Of a DNA stretch of 32,000 nt, positions 17,032 through 25,760 are shown in pieces. The notes beneath the pieces were generated by a model. It was not told where the DNA came from and searched no databases. It saw nothing but the letters and a program-made list of their open reading frames with translations. A program made the translations under genes and the position numbers. The DNA is from Candidatus Hadarchaeota archaeon (GTDB taxonomy: Archaea > Hadarchaeota > Hadarchaeia > Hadarchaeales > Hadarchaeaceae). How positions within the stretch are numbered: the stretch's first letter is position 1; each line of letters opens with the position of its first letter. The DNA lies in assembly GCA_964514965.1 (NCBI GenBank), contig CAZETV010000001.1, positions 843,063 to 875,062 of the forward strand, in the 5' to 3' direction.

Positions 17032-18264
17032 TCAAGCGCCGAATTTCTTCAACCAGTTGCAATACCCAAAAAGTATGGGAGCTACTTGACCACTTATTCG
17101 CCCCAAACCGCCTTTAAGGACACTCCTCTCATTGAATTCTTTTACTTCGTCCGGCATAACGTTTGGTCCTGCGAAGAGTATAGGGACTGGGTCAGAGGTG
17201 TGGTCACCATAGGCGATAGGCGTCGTGTGGTCGCCAGTAAATGCTACGTGAGTTTCGTCCCAGTTTAGATTGTTTAAGAAGTATCCCATGACTTCATCTA
17301 TTTTTTCGATGAAGGCGATTTTGCCCTCGGCGTCGTGGTCGTGAGCGCAAGAGTCCGTTCCTTTCATATGGACAAATGCAAAGTCCGTGTCCTTGTTCAG
17401 CTCCTCCACGGCTAGCTTGGCCTTGTTTAAAATAGGGGAGTCAGCCCCGCCTGTGGTTCCCTCAGCCCTTTTAGTCCGCAGTCCTATGGCTCTGGCTATC
17501 CCGATGTAGAGCGCTCCGGCTGCGATTGCTACCCCGTTTATTCCGTAGAGTTCTTTTATCGAGGGCAGGTCAATTTTTATCGCCGCCCCACGGGGGAGGA
17601 GTATGTTTGCAGGTGGTTTTCCTTCTTTCTCCCGTTTTTTGTTCAGTGGAAGGTCTTTCAGGATTTCGTAGGACTGCTCTACTATTTCATTAACGATTTC
17701 TGCGGTTTTTTGTGCCGCCTCTTCCTCAGTTTCTGGCTTAGCCTTTGGCACTTTAACCCCAGTTTTATGAGGGTCAGCGTCGGTAATGCGGCTGGAAAGT
17801 CTTGGTCCTCGGAGAACCAGCGCTCCTCTATGCTCGGTGCTGGCTTTGAAAAAAACTTTCGTGTCTGGTTGGGAGGGCTTTAGGCTTTGGAGAGCTTTTT
17901 CGAGTTCGTTTTGTCCGCTCAAAATTCGACCAGCTCTCCTATCTTGAACAACGAAATTTTCATCCACGGTTGCAAAGTTGGTTCGGAAGCTAACGTCTCC
18001 CCCTTTCACGTCCATCCCGATTCCCAGTGCTTCGAAAACTCCTCGACCGGTGTACACTTTTTCGGGATCATATCCGAAGATGGACAAATGGGAAGTGTCG
18101 CTGCCTGGCCTGACTCCGGGTTTGATAGGGTCTAACAATCCTGTGAGTCCTCTCAGGGCGAGCTCGTCTATATTCGGAGTATTGGCGGCTTCCAAGCAGG
18201 TTTTTCCTTTATGGTCTGTTGGCCTTCCTGCGAGCCCGTCTGCGATTATCATCAGTGCTTTCAA
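17032..18264 (-). CDS. apgM: Archaeal-type cofactor-independent (2,3-BPG-independent) phosphoglycerate mutase
   Basis: 410 aa. IIADGLAGRP...TPNIDELA..., GSDTSHLSIFGYDP, FRTNFATVD, HMKGTDSCAHDHD, TGDHTTP: ApgM / alkaline-phosphatase-superfamily metal-site motifs. Confidence 0.9.
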   Translation of the reverse strand: MKALMIIADGLAGRPTDHKGKTCLEAANTPNIDELALRGLTGLLDPIKPGVRPGSDTSHLSIFGYDPEKVYTGRGVFEALGIGMDVKGGDVSFRTNFATVDENFVVQDRRAGRILSGQNELEKALQSLKPSQPDTKVFFKASTEHRGALVLRGPRLSSRITDADPHKTGVKVPKAKPETEEEAAQKTAEIVNEIVEQSYEILKDLPLNKKREKEGKPPANILLPRGAAIKIDLPSIKELYGINGVAIAAGALYIGIARAIGLRTKRAEGTTGGADSPILNKAKLAVEELNKDTDFAFVHMKGTDSCAHDHDAEGKIAFIEKIDEVMGYFLNNLNWDETHVAFTGDHTTPIAYGDHTSDPVPILFAGPNVMPDEVKEFNERSVLKGGLGRISGQVAPILFGYCNWLKKFGA

Positions 18265-18411
18265 CTTCGGTCCCGTATCAATCGGATGTTTTAGATTAGA
18301 AAAAGCTTACGGAGGTTGAGACTCTTCATTTATCGCTGGTCACTTCGGTTTTTCAAGTCACATTGAATGTTGTATGAAAGAGTACAAATGTTGGGGGGAC
18401 ATAAATTATTT

Positions 18412-18503
18412 GGGCCCGTGGTCTAGCCTGGATAAGACATCTGGCTTCGGACTTTGCGGAGGGAGAAACCAGAAAATCGAGGGTTCGAATCCCTCCGGGC
18501 CCG
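18412..18503 (+). tRNA. tRNA-Arg(UCG) with a canonical 17-nt intron at 37/38
   Basis: Manual cloverleaf: acceptor GGGCCCG/CGGGCCC; D arm GTCT-AGCCTGGATA-AGAC; anticodon stem TCTGG/CCAGA; loop CT-TCG-G|intron|A; T arm GAGGG-TTCGAAT-CCCTC; discriminator G. The intron is 18451-18467 (ACTTTGCGGAGGGAGAA). It folds as a textbook BHB: CUUC(32-35)/GGAG forms the 4-bp helix, flanked by 3-nt bulges GG|A and AA|A. Confidence 0.85.
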
Positions 18504-18691
18504 CTACTTGTGCAAATACCATTGGACGACCAAGATTGTTAACCCCATTCTTAACAGTAGTTTCCTTCCGGAGGTGGATTTAGATATAAAAACTTTAATA
18601 GTGTTCTCTCAAAACTACATCAAACGGAGTAGCGACGGGCCCTGGCCAAGATTGTCATATGATCGAGACGTAACCGGTGGTGGGTACCTAA

Positions 18692-19789
18692 ATGGAATAT
18701 CTAAAGCGGGACACAAAATTGATGTGCGAGTGTTCTTTTCAATGGCAGGAAAAACTGGACTTCGAATTAGAACGGCGGTATAAAGTTAGAGGGACAGATG
18801 GGTTAGTTGCTAATGCCATCGTGACGTGTCCGAATTGCGGGTACGAAGGGCTCGCAAGGGGAATAATACCGGCGAACTCCTCTCCGCTCACGTTTTACTT
18901 AAAGCGAGAGTTCTCCCTTTACTATCCGCGAGGTGGATGGAAACATCAATCTGATTTAGAAGAGGTAGAAGGGAAAGAGAATTTTAATCCGGCGAATCTT
19001 GAAATACCTTCGCTGAGCGTTCACCTCTATGAAGATCCATTAATCGAAAATCTGGACCTAAAAGAAATAGCCTATTACCTTGAACAAAAATTAGGGAGCA
19101 TCTCAGTAGATATAAGGAGACCATTTTTTACAGAGACTTCTGCGCCGCATACGAAAGATCTTGCTGAGGAGTTAGCTAACGCCAGAGTTCAAGATTTTTA
19201 CAATCCCGCTGTTGAACTTGGGCCCATTGCTGCGGAAGTCGAAACTGAGCGGAACTGGCTACGTAATGTAAATATGAAGACGCAGGTGTTCTACGACGGT
19301 TTCAAACTCCTAGCCGCGGCTCGTGAATTACTGGAGGAAGATGAATCTACCCTTCAACATATTCACCTTATTTTTACACATCGCATTTTCGGAACTTGGG
19401 ATGAAAAAGACAGAAGGTATCACGCTCGTCTAAGTGTTTGTGGCTTACCCAACCTGATATCATCCACCGGGATAGTAGAGGCCCCGGCTAAGCCGAGAAA
19501 TTTTTATAGCTCAAAACGAAAATCCGTGGAAAGTAAGGAGTTAAAAGAGCGGTTCATGGAGGCATTTGTTGATTACGACGATCAGCGATTAACAGAGGTC
19601 ATGAAGGGGTACGCAATACAAGCAATTCTCTACCATCTTACTTTAAGGCCTTTCTGTACCGATGATCAATGCCGTCTCTTTAATGCGCACTGGCAAGAGG
19701 AAATCATTAAGACCCAATTAGAAAAACCGGAGTTCTGTGCTTACCACCAGAAAGTGTTGGATGGCTGGAGAAAGAAATTCTCTAGTTAA
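18692..19789 (+). CDS. Hypothetical protein: N-terminal Zn-ribbon plus degenerate archaemetzincin-like C-terminal region
   Basis: 365 aa. The N-terminus has CEC...x35...CPNC. The C-terminus HLIFTHRIFGTWDEKDRRYHARLSVCGLPNLISSTGIVEAPAKP ... QAILYHLTLRPFCTDDQCRLFNAHW...x17...FCAYH parallels the archaemetzincin layout (HExxHxxGxxHCxxxxCxM...CxxC). The HExxH catalytic motif is not present. This is pattern recognition only. Confidence 0.45.
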   Translation: MEYLKRDTKLMCECSFQWQEKLDFELERRYKVRGTDGLVANAIVTCPNCGYEGLARGIIPANSSPLTFYLKREFSLYYPRGGWKHQSDLEEVEGKENFNPANLEIPSLSVHLYEDPLIENLDLKEIAYYLEQKLGSISVDIRRPFFTETSAPHTKDLAEELANARVQDFYNPAVELGPIAAEVETERNWLRNVNMKTQVFYDGFKLLAAARELLEEDESTLQHIHLIFTHRIFGTWDEKDRRYHARLSVCGLPNLISSTGIVEAPAKPRNFYSSKRKSVESKELKERFMEAFVDYDDQRLTEVMKGYAIQAILYHLTLRPFCTDDQCRLFNAHWQEEIIKTQLEKPEFCAYHQKVLDGWRKKFSS

Positions 19790-19933
19790 AATCAATGATT
19801 GTTAGATGGCTTTGCTCCTTTTCGATTCTGCCCCTAGAAAATTTGAACCTACCCAAGCCCGCTATAATCGATAAGCACGCCCACGACGACCGGTGAGCAG
19901 AGTTGTTCTAGTACCGGTACCCATTGTGAGCAG

Positions 19934-21130
19934 CTATCTAGTCATCGCTCTCTTGAAGACCGGTATTGCAATCATTATCATTACGGTTCCGAATCCTATC
20001 AACACCGCTAGCTCAGTAGCTATAGCCGGTATCCCAGCCCCAAGAGTCATAACCTTTCTCAAAGCGGTTGTTGCGTACGTTAATGGAAGCACCTTCGAAA
20101 TGCCCTGCATGAACCAAGGCATCTGTTCTATTGGAAAGAATACCCCGCTCAAGAACATCATGGGGAACATTATCGTCATCATCATCATGGACGCCGTTTC
20201 CTCGTTTTTCGCGAATGATGTAATCACAATGCCCAAGCCCACAAAGCTGAATACCCCTAGCAACAACAGGGCGAAAATCAGTGCAATGTTTCCGTAGATA
20301 GTAACGCCGAAGAGAAACACTGCCAACACGAGTATTACGATTCCTTGTATAATCCCTCTAACCATCTGGGCGATCGTTTTTCCAAGCAGTATTGACAATC
20401 TATTGACCGGCGCTGCCATCATACCGTCTAGAGTACCCACCTCTTTTTCATGGGAGATAGCGCGGGGCAGTGCCGTCATCAGGGACATCATTACCACCAT
20501 CGCTATTATCCCCGGTGCCACAAACTGGAAATAGTTCGGGCTCCCCGACACAATTCCACTTGTCTCGACATTATACGGTCTTATCAGCGCTAATGCGGTA
20601 TCTGCGCCGAGGGATGGATTAAGTTGTTGGACGTTTTGTTGGGCCAGCCAGATACCCATCTGGTCGATTGTCTGTGTCAAAACACTTTGCATCATCTGGG
20701 AAATTTGGGGGTTTGATTGGTCCGTGATTATTGTTACGGTCGCCTGTTTACCCATCATCAAATTTTCTGAAAAATTTTCTGGTATGATTATGCCGCCGTG
20801 AATGTCACCATTTTGAATTTTGGTTTTTATGTCGTCGAAACTGGTAGCACTAGTGAGTTCCATCATGCCAGTTTGGTTATTTATCGCCTCTAACTGCGAT
20901 ACAAACATATGGCTTGCAGAGTTATCATTATCGTACCCCGCATCTAAGTTTGCTAATCCAACCGGCAAGTTATTGATTGAGCCGCTGCTTGGAAATATGT
21001 AACCGACCATCAACATCATGAGGAGCGGCATCAGAACTAACATCACCAACAACATTTTAACCCTAGTAAGTTCTAACAAGTCTTTCCAAGCGATCCACAG
21101 ACTATGCGAAAGCGTCCTCTTTATCCCCAT
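19934..21130 (-). CDS. ABC-2 type exporter permease
   Basis: 398 aa. One N-terminal TM helix, a ~150-aa extracytoplasmic loop, then five C-terminal TM helices: the typical ABC-2 (PF12698-like) topology. It starts 4 nt downstream of the ATPase gene. Confidence 0.8.
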   Translation of the reverse strand: MGIKRTLSHSLWIAWKDLLELTRVKMLLVMLVLMPLLMMLMVGYIFPSSGSINNLPVGLANLDAGYDNDNSASHMFVSQLEAINNQTGMMELTSATSFDDIKTKIQNGDIHGGIIIPENFSENLMMGKQATVTIITDQSNPQISQMMQSVLTQTIDQMGIWLAQQNVQQLNPSLGADTALALIRPYNVETSGIVSGSPNYFQFVAPGIIAMVVMMSLMTALPRAISHEKEVGTLDGMMAAPVNRLSILLGKTIAQMVRGIIQGIVILVLAVFLFGVTIYGNIALIFALLLLGVFSFVGLGIVITSFAKNEETASMMMMTIMFPMMFLSGVFFPIEQMPWFMQGISKVLPLTYATTALRKVMTLGAGIPAIATELAVLIGFGTVMIMIAIPVFKRAMTR

Positions 21131-21134
21131 GATA

Positions 21135-22152
21135 TCACCTTATCCTCGGCTTTGTCCCCCTACCATGTCTGAATCCAGTCTCCACTTTCTCGGATACCTG
21201 TTCTCTCACCTCATGTCCAGTGAGGTGCAAAAATACATCTTCAAGCGTGGGTTCAAGATTGTTTATCGATATTATTTTTCCTTTATTTGCCCGTATTGCG
21301 TCAACTATATCATCAAATGATTCATCTCCCTTGGCGCGGACTTTAACGCGCGTCTCGCTCTCCCTAATGACAGATTTAACAGACTCCAGCGATTTTATCA
21401 GCGATAGCAGTTGATTATTGAGATTGGAAATGTTTAATTCAAAGGTATTCCCGCCGTTAACCATCTTTTTTAAATTATGTGAGGTGTTGAGGTCGATTAT
21501 CTTTCCATAGTCCATTATGCCGATTCGATTGCATAAAATGTCTGCTTCGACCATCATGTGCGTTGTGAGAATTATCGTTATCTTTCTCTCTTGGTTAATT
21601 TTGCGTATGAACTCACGGATCTCACTACTAGATTGCGGGTCCAAACCGAGAGTTGGCTCCATCCAAAAATAACACCTTGGGCATGTTGAGAAGTGCTCTG
21701 ATTATGTTGATTCTCTGTTTCATGCCGGTCGAGTACGTTCCCACTTGCTTGTTTTGCCATTTCTCCATATGAACGAGTTCGAGCATTTCCTTAATCCTAC
21801 TCCTTAGCAAATCATTTGGGATATCATACAATTTTCCGAAAAACTTTAGATTCTCCTTGGCAGTCAATCGGTCGTACATAATCATCTTTTCGGATACTAA
21901 ACCAACGAGCTCTCTTACCTTGTTGTCATCTTTCACTATGTCATGGCCACCAATTGTAGCTGTGCCTTTCGTCGGCCTAGTTAGCGTGCAGAGCATCCTT
22001 ATCGTCGTGCTTTTGCCCGCGCCGTTAGGCCCTAATAGGCCGAATATCTCGCCTTCCTTCACGTCAAAGGAAGCATGGTCAACTGCCGTAATTCCATTGA
22101 ATTTTTTTGTTAAGTTTTTTACTTTAATCCTATTTTTTCCCATCAAATACAC
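21135..22152 (-). pseudogene. ABC transporter ATP-binding protein, interrupted by a 1-nt frameshift inside Walker B
   Basis: The gene appears as two track ORFs. 21628..22152 carries Walker A (GPNGAGKST), the Q-loop and the signature (YSTGMKQR), and ends KVLFLDGANSRFGPAI*. 21135..21662 begins MEPTLGLDPQSS and contains the H-loop (LTTHMM). The minus-strand sequence reads TTTTTGGATGGAGCCAACT. Removing one G (plus-strand CC at 21659-21660) restores FLDEPTLGLDP. Confidence 0.85.
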
Positions 22153-22200
22153 CTACAACAACTTTTTGCTCTATTGTTTTGGCGCTGGCTAACGTTTCAG

Positions 22201-22439
22201 CTATCTTTTATTTTTTTCGATTTGTTTCCTCAACCTTTCGAACTTTTCTTGCATATGTAGCAATGTTTCCGCTTTCGTTACTCCAAATCCTTCATCTCTC
22301 AGTCCGCCGATGAACATCAGCGTATCACCGGGCTTAATATTGGAATATTCCCTTAATTTGGCGGGTATCACTATCTGCCCTTTGTCCCCACGATGGCGGA
22401 ACCGTAGAATCTGGGCCTAAATTCTCTTTTCTTCTTCAT
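22201..22439 (-). pseudogene. AbrB/SpoVT (MazE-like) family DNA-binding protein, interrupted by a 1-nt frameshift
   Basis: Absent from the ORF track. From ATG 22439 the minus strand reads MKKKREFRPRFYGSAIVGTKGR* and stops. The next frame continues KGQIVIPAKLREYSNIKPGDTLMFIGGLRDEGFGVTKAETLLHMQEKFERLRKQIEKNKR* (stop at 22203..22201). Adding one G to the GGG run (plus-strand CCC at 22378-22380) gives a continuous ~80-aa protein with the SpoVT/AbrB swapped-hairpin motif (G)xKGQIVIPxxxR. The second frame has no canonical start codon of its own upstream of that motif. Confidence 0.75.
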
Positions 22440-22630
22440 TTGGCCTCTCCTTAAACTTTTTCCACTTGTTATACATATCATACAAGTATAAAAAGTTTTC
22501 GACATGTGACATGTGGCACATATTGTTACCCATTCAGATTTCGAAAATAAAAAGTGTGGGGGAATTTCAGCCCCAGTTTACAGGTAAAAATTTAGTAGAC
22601 GGGAAGGCAAAGAGTAATTCTAAACCGCTT

Positions 22631-23410
22631 TTAATCCTTTTGAGCCACCAAATCCTTTTTTCCCCAGAGATAAATCCATCCTAGCTTTCCCTCGATTTTG
22701 TAGTCTTTGAAGTTGGTCTTTGACATCATTTCTTCGATTTCTTGACTCGTATAGCTGGCGAGTAAAGAACCCTTTGGTTCATTGATCTTTCTTATTACAT
22801 CCGCGCCAATCACTCTAAGAGCCACGTTCTGAGCGAACCACAAAAGCCAAAAGAATAGCTTTCGAGCGTCCCTCCTTAAATCGAGTATCAGCATCTGCCC
22901 GCCAGGTTTCAGGACACGATAAATTTCATTGAATGCGGAGTGAGGATCAGCCCAATGGTGAAGCGATAGGGTGCTTACTATGAAGTCTTGAGTGTCATCG
23001 CCGAAAGGCAAATGGTCAGTGGAGCCTAGTTTGAATTCAACCCTTCCGCTGAGACCCATTGAATCAAAATTGGCCATTGCTCTTTCCAACATCTCCTTTG
23101 AAATGTCTACACCTAGCAATTTGTATCTTGGTAATTTCTCAGCGATGGTTAGCAAAAGATACCCAGGTCCGCATCCAACATCCGTGATTGATCCTTTAAC
23201 AGCATGTTTCTTCAGTTTCTTAACGAAATTTCGTCTAATCAACCCAAATTGTGGCATGCGACTTATGCGATCATACGCCTCCGCTGCCCGAGGGTCTTCT
23301 ATTCCTTCGATGCTTGTCTTCCGCGGGGTCTTCAGCCGGAACGAGCCAAGAAGCATCGTCAGAAACAGAACCGAGCAAAAAGCAAAAATCAAGAGGTCAA
23401 TTGGGCTCAT
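22631..23410 (-). CDS. Class I SAM-dependent methyltransferase with N-terminal TM helix
   Basis: 259 aa. N-terminal hydrophobic helix (LLIFAFCSVLFLTMLLG). Motif I is ITDVGCGPGYLLLTIA, the post-I motif is LLGVDIS, and motif II-III is LKPGGQMLILD. Confidence 0.8.
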   Translation of the reverse strand: MSPIDLLIFAFCSVLFLTMLLGSFRLKTPRKTSIEGIEDPRAAEAYDRISRMPQFGLIRRNFVKKLKKHAVKGSITDVGCGPGYLLLTIAEKLPRYKLLGVDISKEMLERAMANFDSMGLSGRVEFKLGSTDHLPFGDDTQDFIVSTLSLHHWADPHSAFNEIYRVLKPGGQMLILDLRRDARKLFFWLLWFAQNVALRVIGADVIRKINEPKGSLLASYTSQEIEEMMSKTNFKDYKIEGKLGWIYLWGKKDLVAQKD

Positions 23411-23707
23411 GTTTGGTCAATTCAACTAATATGCCAGCTACTTTAAGATAATAGGATTTACAGACTCGTATTTTGCAATGCGTTTTCAATGTTTGAACGT
23501 TATGTGGGGAATGGATTTGAACCTCCGACCCCTTACAGAACTAGCCCCTCAAGCAAAAATCCTGCTCGAATCCTGCCTAGTTGCGAAAAATAGTTTTGGA
23601 TATTTGAATGAGGGATTGAGCCTATCTGGGTCCGCCATTGAAAGAGAGGGATTTTTCAACCACAAGAATTAAAGAAGAGAACATCAAAAAGTTATTTTGG
23701 GGTATAA

Positions 23708-24904
23708 TTGGCGAGGTCTAAAAAGCGTTTTACGACTGGTTTTCTTTCAGGTTTGGTAGCGGTAACATTCATAGTCGGCTTGTTTGCAGGGGGAACCCTA
23801 AGTTATTTGGTAACTTCACAGAGGATAAGTGACCTGGAAAATCAAGTCTCGACGCTCCAAGACCAAATTTCCGATCTTCAACCTTCAGAAAATATTGTCT
23901 ACATATTTGGTGATAACACTTCACTTTCTGAGTTATACGACGAAACCAAAAACTCGATTGTGTTAATCGAGGGAGTTATCGCGCAAACTACGATATTCGG
24001 CACGCAGTACACGCAGGTTCAAGGGTCTGGGTTTGTAGACAATTACGAAGGACAAATGGTTATCGTTACAAACTTCCACGTAGTTGATGGTGCTACAGAC
24101 ATTATCGTGACTTTCAGGGATGGAAATACGTATCCAGCAACCGTACTAGGTTCGGACCCATATGCCGACTTAGCAGTACTTTCAACAAACGCTCCAGAGA
24201 ATGAGTTGATGCCTCTTGAAATCGTTAGTTCATCAACCTTGAAAGTAGGCGACCCCGTGGTGGCGATTGGCAATCCATTTGGCCTTACGGGGTCTATGAC
24301 TGCGGGGATAGTAAGTCAGCTTGGCCGGACGATAAGAGAATCGACGGTCAGCTTTTCAATCGCGGACATTATCCAAACTAGCGTGCAGATTAATCCCGGC
24401 AACTCTGGTGGACCGTTGATTAACTATCTCGGCCAAGTTGTTGGGATAACCACGGCCATAATATCCGATTCCCAAGGGCTTGGTTTTGCGGTCCCGTCTA
24501 ACACAATACTGCGGGAAGTAGGGTCGTTAGTAAAAACGGAGTCTTACACCCAACATTCTTGGTTGGGCGTTACCGGGACGGATATGAACTATAGAATCGC
24601 TCAATTGATGAACACGGATTTCACTTACGGATGGCTGATTACCCAAGTGGTGAGTGGGGGGCCAGCTGATGAGGCGGGTTTGCACGGCGGCACAACACAA
24701 GGTCAAACCGTAGAAGGGACGGTAATAATCGGTGGGGATATTATAATAGCCATTGGAGGAACCAGCATTGTGAATGGAGACGCTCTCTTGACTTATCTCG
24801 AAGAGTACACTTTGCCGAACCAGACAGTCGAACTGACAATCGTGAGAAACAATCAGACAATGACCCTTCCGGTCGAGCTTGGAACGCGGCCTTCACCAAG
24901 TTGA
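23708..24904 (+). CDS. htrA: HtrA/DegP-family (S1C) serine protease with N-terminal membrane anchor and C-terminal PDZ domain
   Basis: 398 aa with a TTG start. TM helix (LSGLVAVTFIVGLFAGGTL). Catalytic His is in TNFHVV, Asp in DLAVL, and Ser in GNSGGPLIN. The PDZ-like segment reads GWLITQVVSGGPADEAGL...GDIIIAIGG. Confidence 0.88.
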   Translation: MARSKKRFTTGFLSGLVAVTFIVGLFAGGTLSYLVTSQRISDLENQVSTLQDQISDLQPSENIVYIFGDNTSLSELYDETKNSIVLIEGVIAQTTIFGTQYTQVQGSGFVDNYEGQMVIVTNFHVVDGATDIIVTFRDGNTYPATVLGSDPYADLAVLSTNAPENELMPLEIVSSSTLKVGDPVVAIGNPFGLTGSMTAGIVSQLGRTIRESTVSFSIADIIQTSVQINPGNSGGPLINYLGQVVGITTAIISDSQGLGFAVPSNTILREVGSLVKTESYTQHSWLGVTGTDMNYRIAQLMNTDFTYGWLITQVVSGGPADEAGLHGGTTQGQTVEGTVIIGGDIIIAIGGTSIVNGDALLTYLEEYTLPNQTVELTIVRNNQTMTLPVELGTRPSPS

Positions 24905-24977
24905 AGTCCCGGAAAATAATCGTGGTTAGAATCTCGCCTAATCTGACTATTTAATTTTCTCGCACACACTAACTAAC

Positions 24978-25071
24978 GGGCCGGTAGTCTAGCCTGGATA
25001 ACGTTATAAGCGTACAGAGAGGACGTGAGCCTCCGGAGCTCGCGGCACGGGTTCGAATCCCGTCCGGCCCG
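24978..25071 (+). tRNA. tRNA-Arg(CCG) with a ~20-nt non-canonical intron in the D-loop
   Basis: Manual fold: acceptor GGGCCGG/CCGGCCC; anticodon stem TGAGC/GCTCG; loop CT-CCG-GA (anticodon 25033-25035); T arm ACGGG-TTCGAAT-CCCGT; discriminator G. The D stem GTCT (24987-24990) pairs with GGAC (25021-25024), but they enclose 30 nt. The first 10 nt (AGCCTGGATA) are identical to the D-loop of the tRNA at 18412. The remaining ~20 nt (about 25001-25020, ACGTTATAAGCGTACAGAGA) must be an insertion or intron. Exact boundaries are not resolved. Confidence 0.75.
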
Positions 25072-25146
25072 CTTTTGTACTGTTAGACTAAAGAAGCGAA
25101 CCCCATTTGTTTTTTACTTAATGAGTTGAGAAATTATTGAGATATT

Positions 25147-25629
25147 ATGGGAAAAATAGCAATTGAAATTGTAGAACTCGTTCTTAGCATATTGGTTTGC
25201 CAGGTTGCAGGCTTTATAGGTTCAATCTTCACCGTTCCATCGATTCCGACTTGGTACAAAAGCCTGAAAAAGCCATCCTTTGCCCCGCCCAACAGGATTT
25301 TCGCCCCGGTTTGGATTACTCTTTACACCATCATGGGTATATCCCTTTATCTCATCCTGCGCGAAGGCTTGGGTAATCTGCAAGTGCAAGTAAGCATGGG
25401 AATTTTTGGCATCCAGCTAGTCTTGAATATCATTTGGTCATTTGTTTTCTTCGGTAAGAAGTCACTTCTCGGTGGGCTTATAGCAATTGCGGTTCTCTGG
25501 ATTGCTATTTTGTTGACTATAATCAGTTTTCTTAGTGTTTCACAATTGGCCGGGCTGCTGTTAGTGCCTTACATTTTATGGTCGAGTTTCGCCGCGATTC
25601 TAAATTACTCAATACTGAAGTTAAATTGA
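25147..25629 (+). CDS. tspO: TspO/MBR family tryptophan-rich sensory protein
   Basis: 160 aa with five TM helices. WYKSLKKPSFAPPNRIFAPVWITLYTIMGIS...PYILWSSFAAILNY match TspO signature segments. Confidence 0.88.
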   Translation: MGKIAIEIVELVLSILVCQVAGFIGSIFTVPSIPTWYKSLKKPSFAPPNRIFAPVWITLYTIMGISLYLILREGLGNLQVQVSMGIFGIQLVLNIIWSFVFFGKKSLLGGLIAIAVLWIAILLTIISFLSVSQLAGLLLVPYILWSSFAAILNYSILKLN

Positions 25630-25760
25630 GGTGTGACGTGGGCAAAAGGTATGAGTTCTACAGCAAGCCCTAAACTACGCAATTTTAGGTCGGAATCCCG
25701 TTCGCCCCCGCTTCATTTTGAGGGCTCGGAAGCTTCTTTTAATTTTTCGTTGTTCTAAGC

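Noticed and set aside
17002-17268. 88-aa plus-strand ORF
   Set aside because: It is antisense to the well-supported apgM gene and has no independent signal.
23478-23672. 64-aa ORF, and a possible minus-strand tRNA suggested by GGGGTCGGAGGTTCAAATCCATTCCCCAC (23505-23535)
   Set aside because: The ORF has no recognisable features and sits in a divergent promoter spacer. The T-loop-like hairpin lacks a properly paired 5-bp T stem, and I could find no matching 5' acceptor strand or anticodon arm. At most it is a tRNA remnant or minihelix (noted in the island finding).
25640-25712. tRNA-3'-end-like sequence TAGGTCGGAATCCCGTTCGCCCCCGC downstream of tspO
   Set aside because: The T stem does not pair (TTAGG versus CCCGT). 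No GGGGCGA or GGGGGCG 5' acceptor strand occurs nearby on either strand. It shares only GAATCCCGT with the tRNA-Arg(CCG) 3' end, so it is not a clean att duplication.
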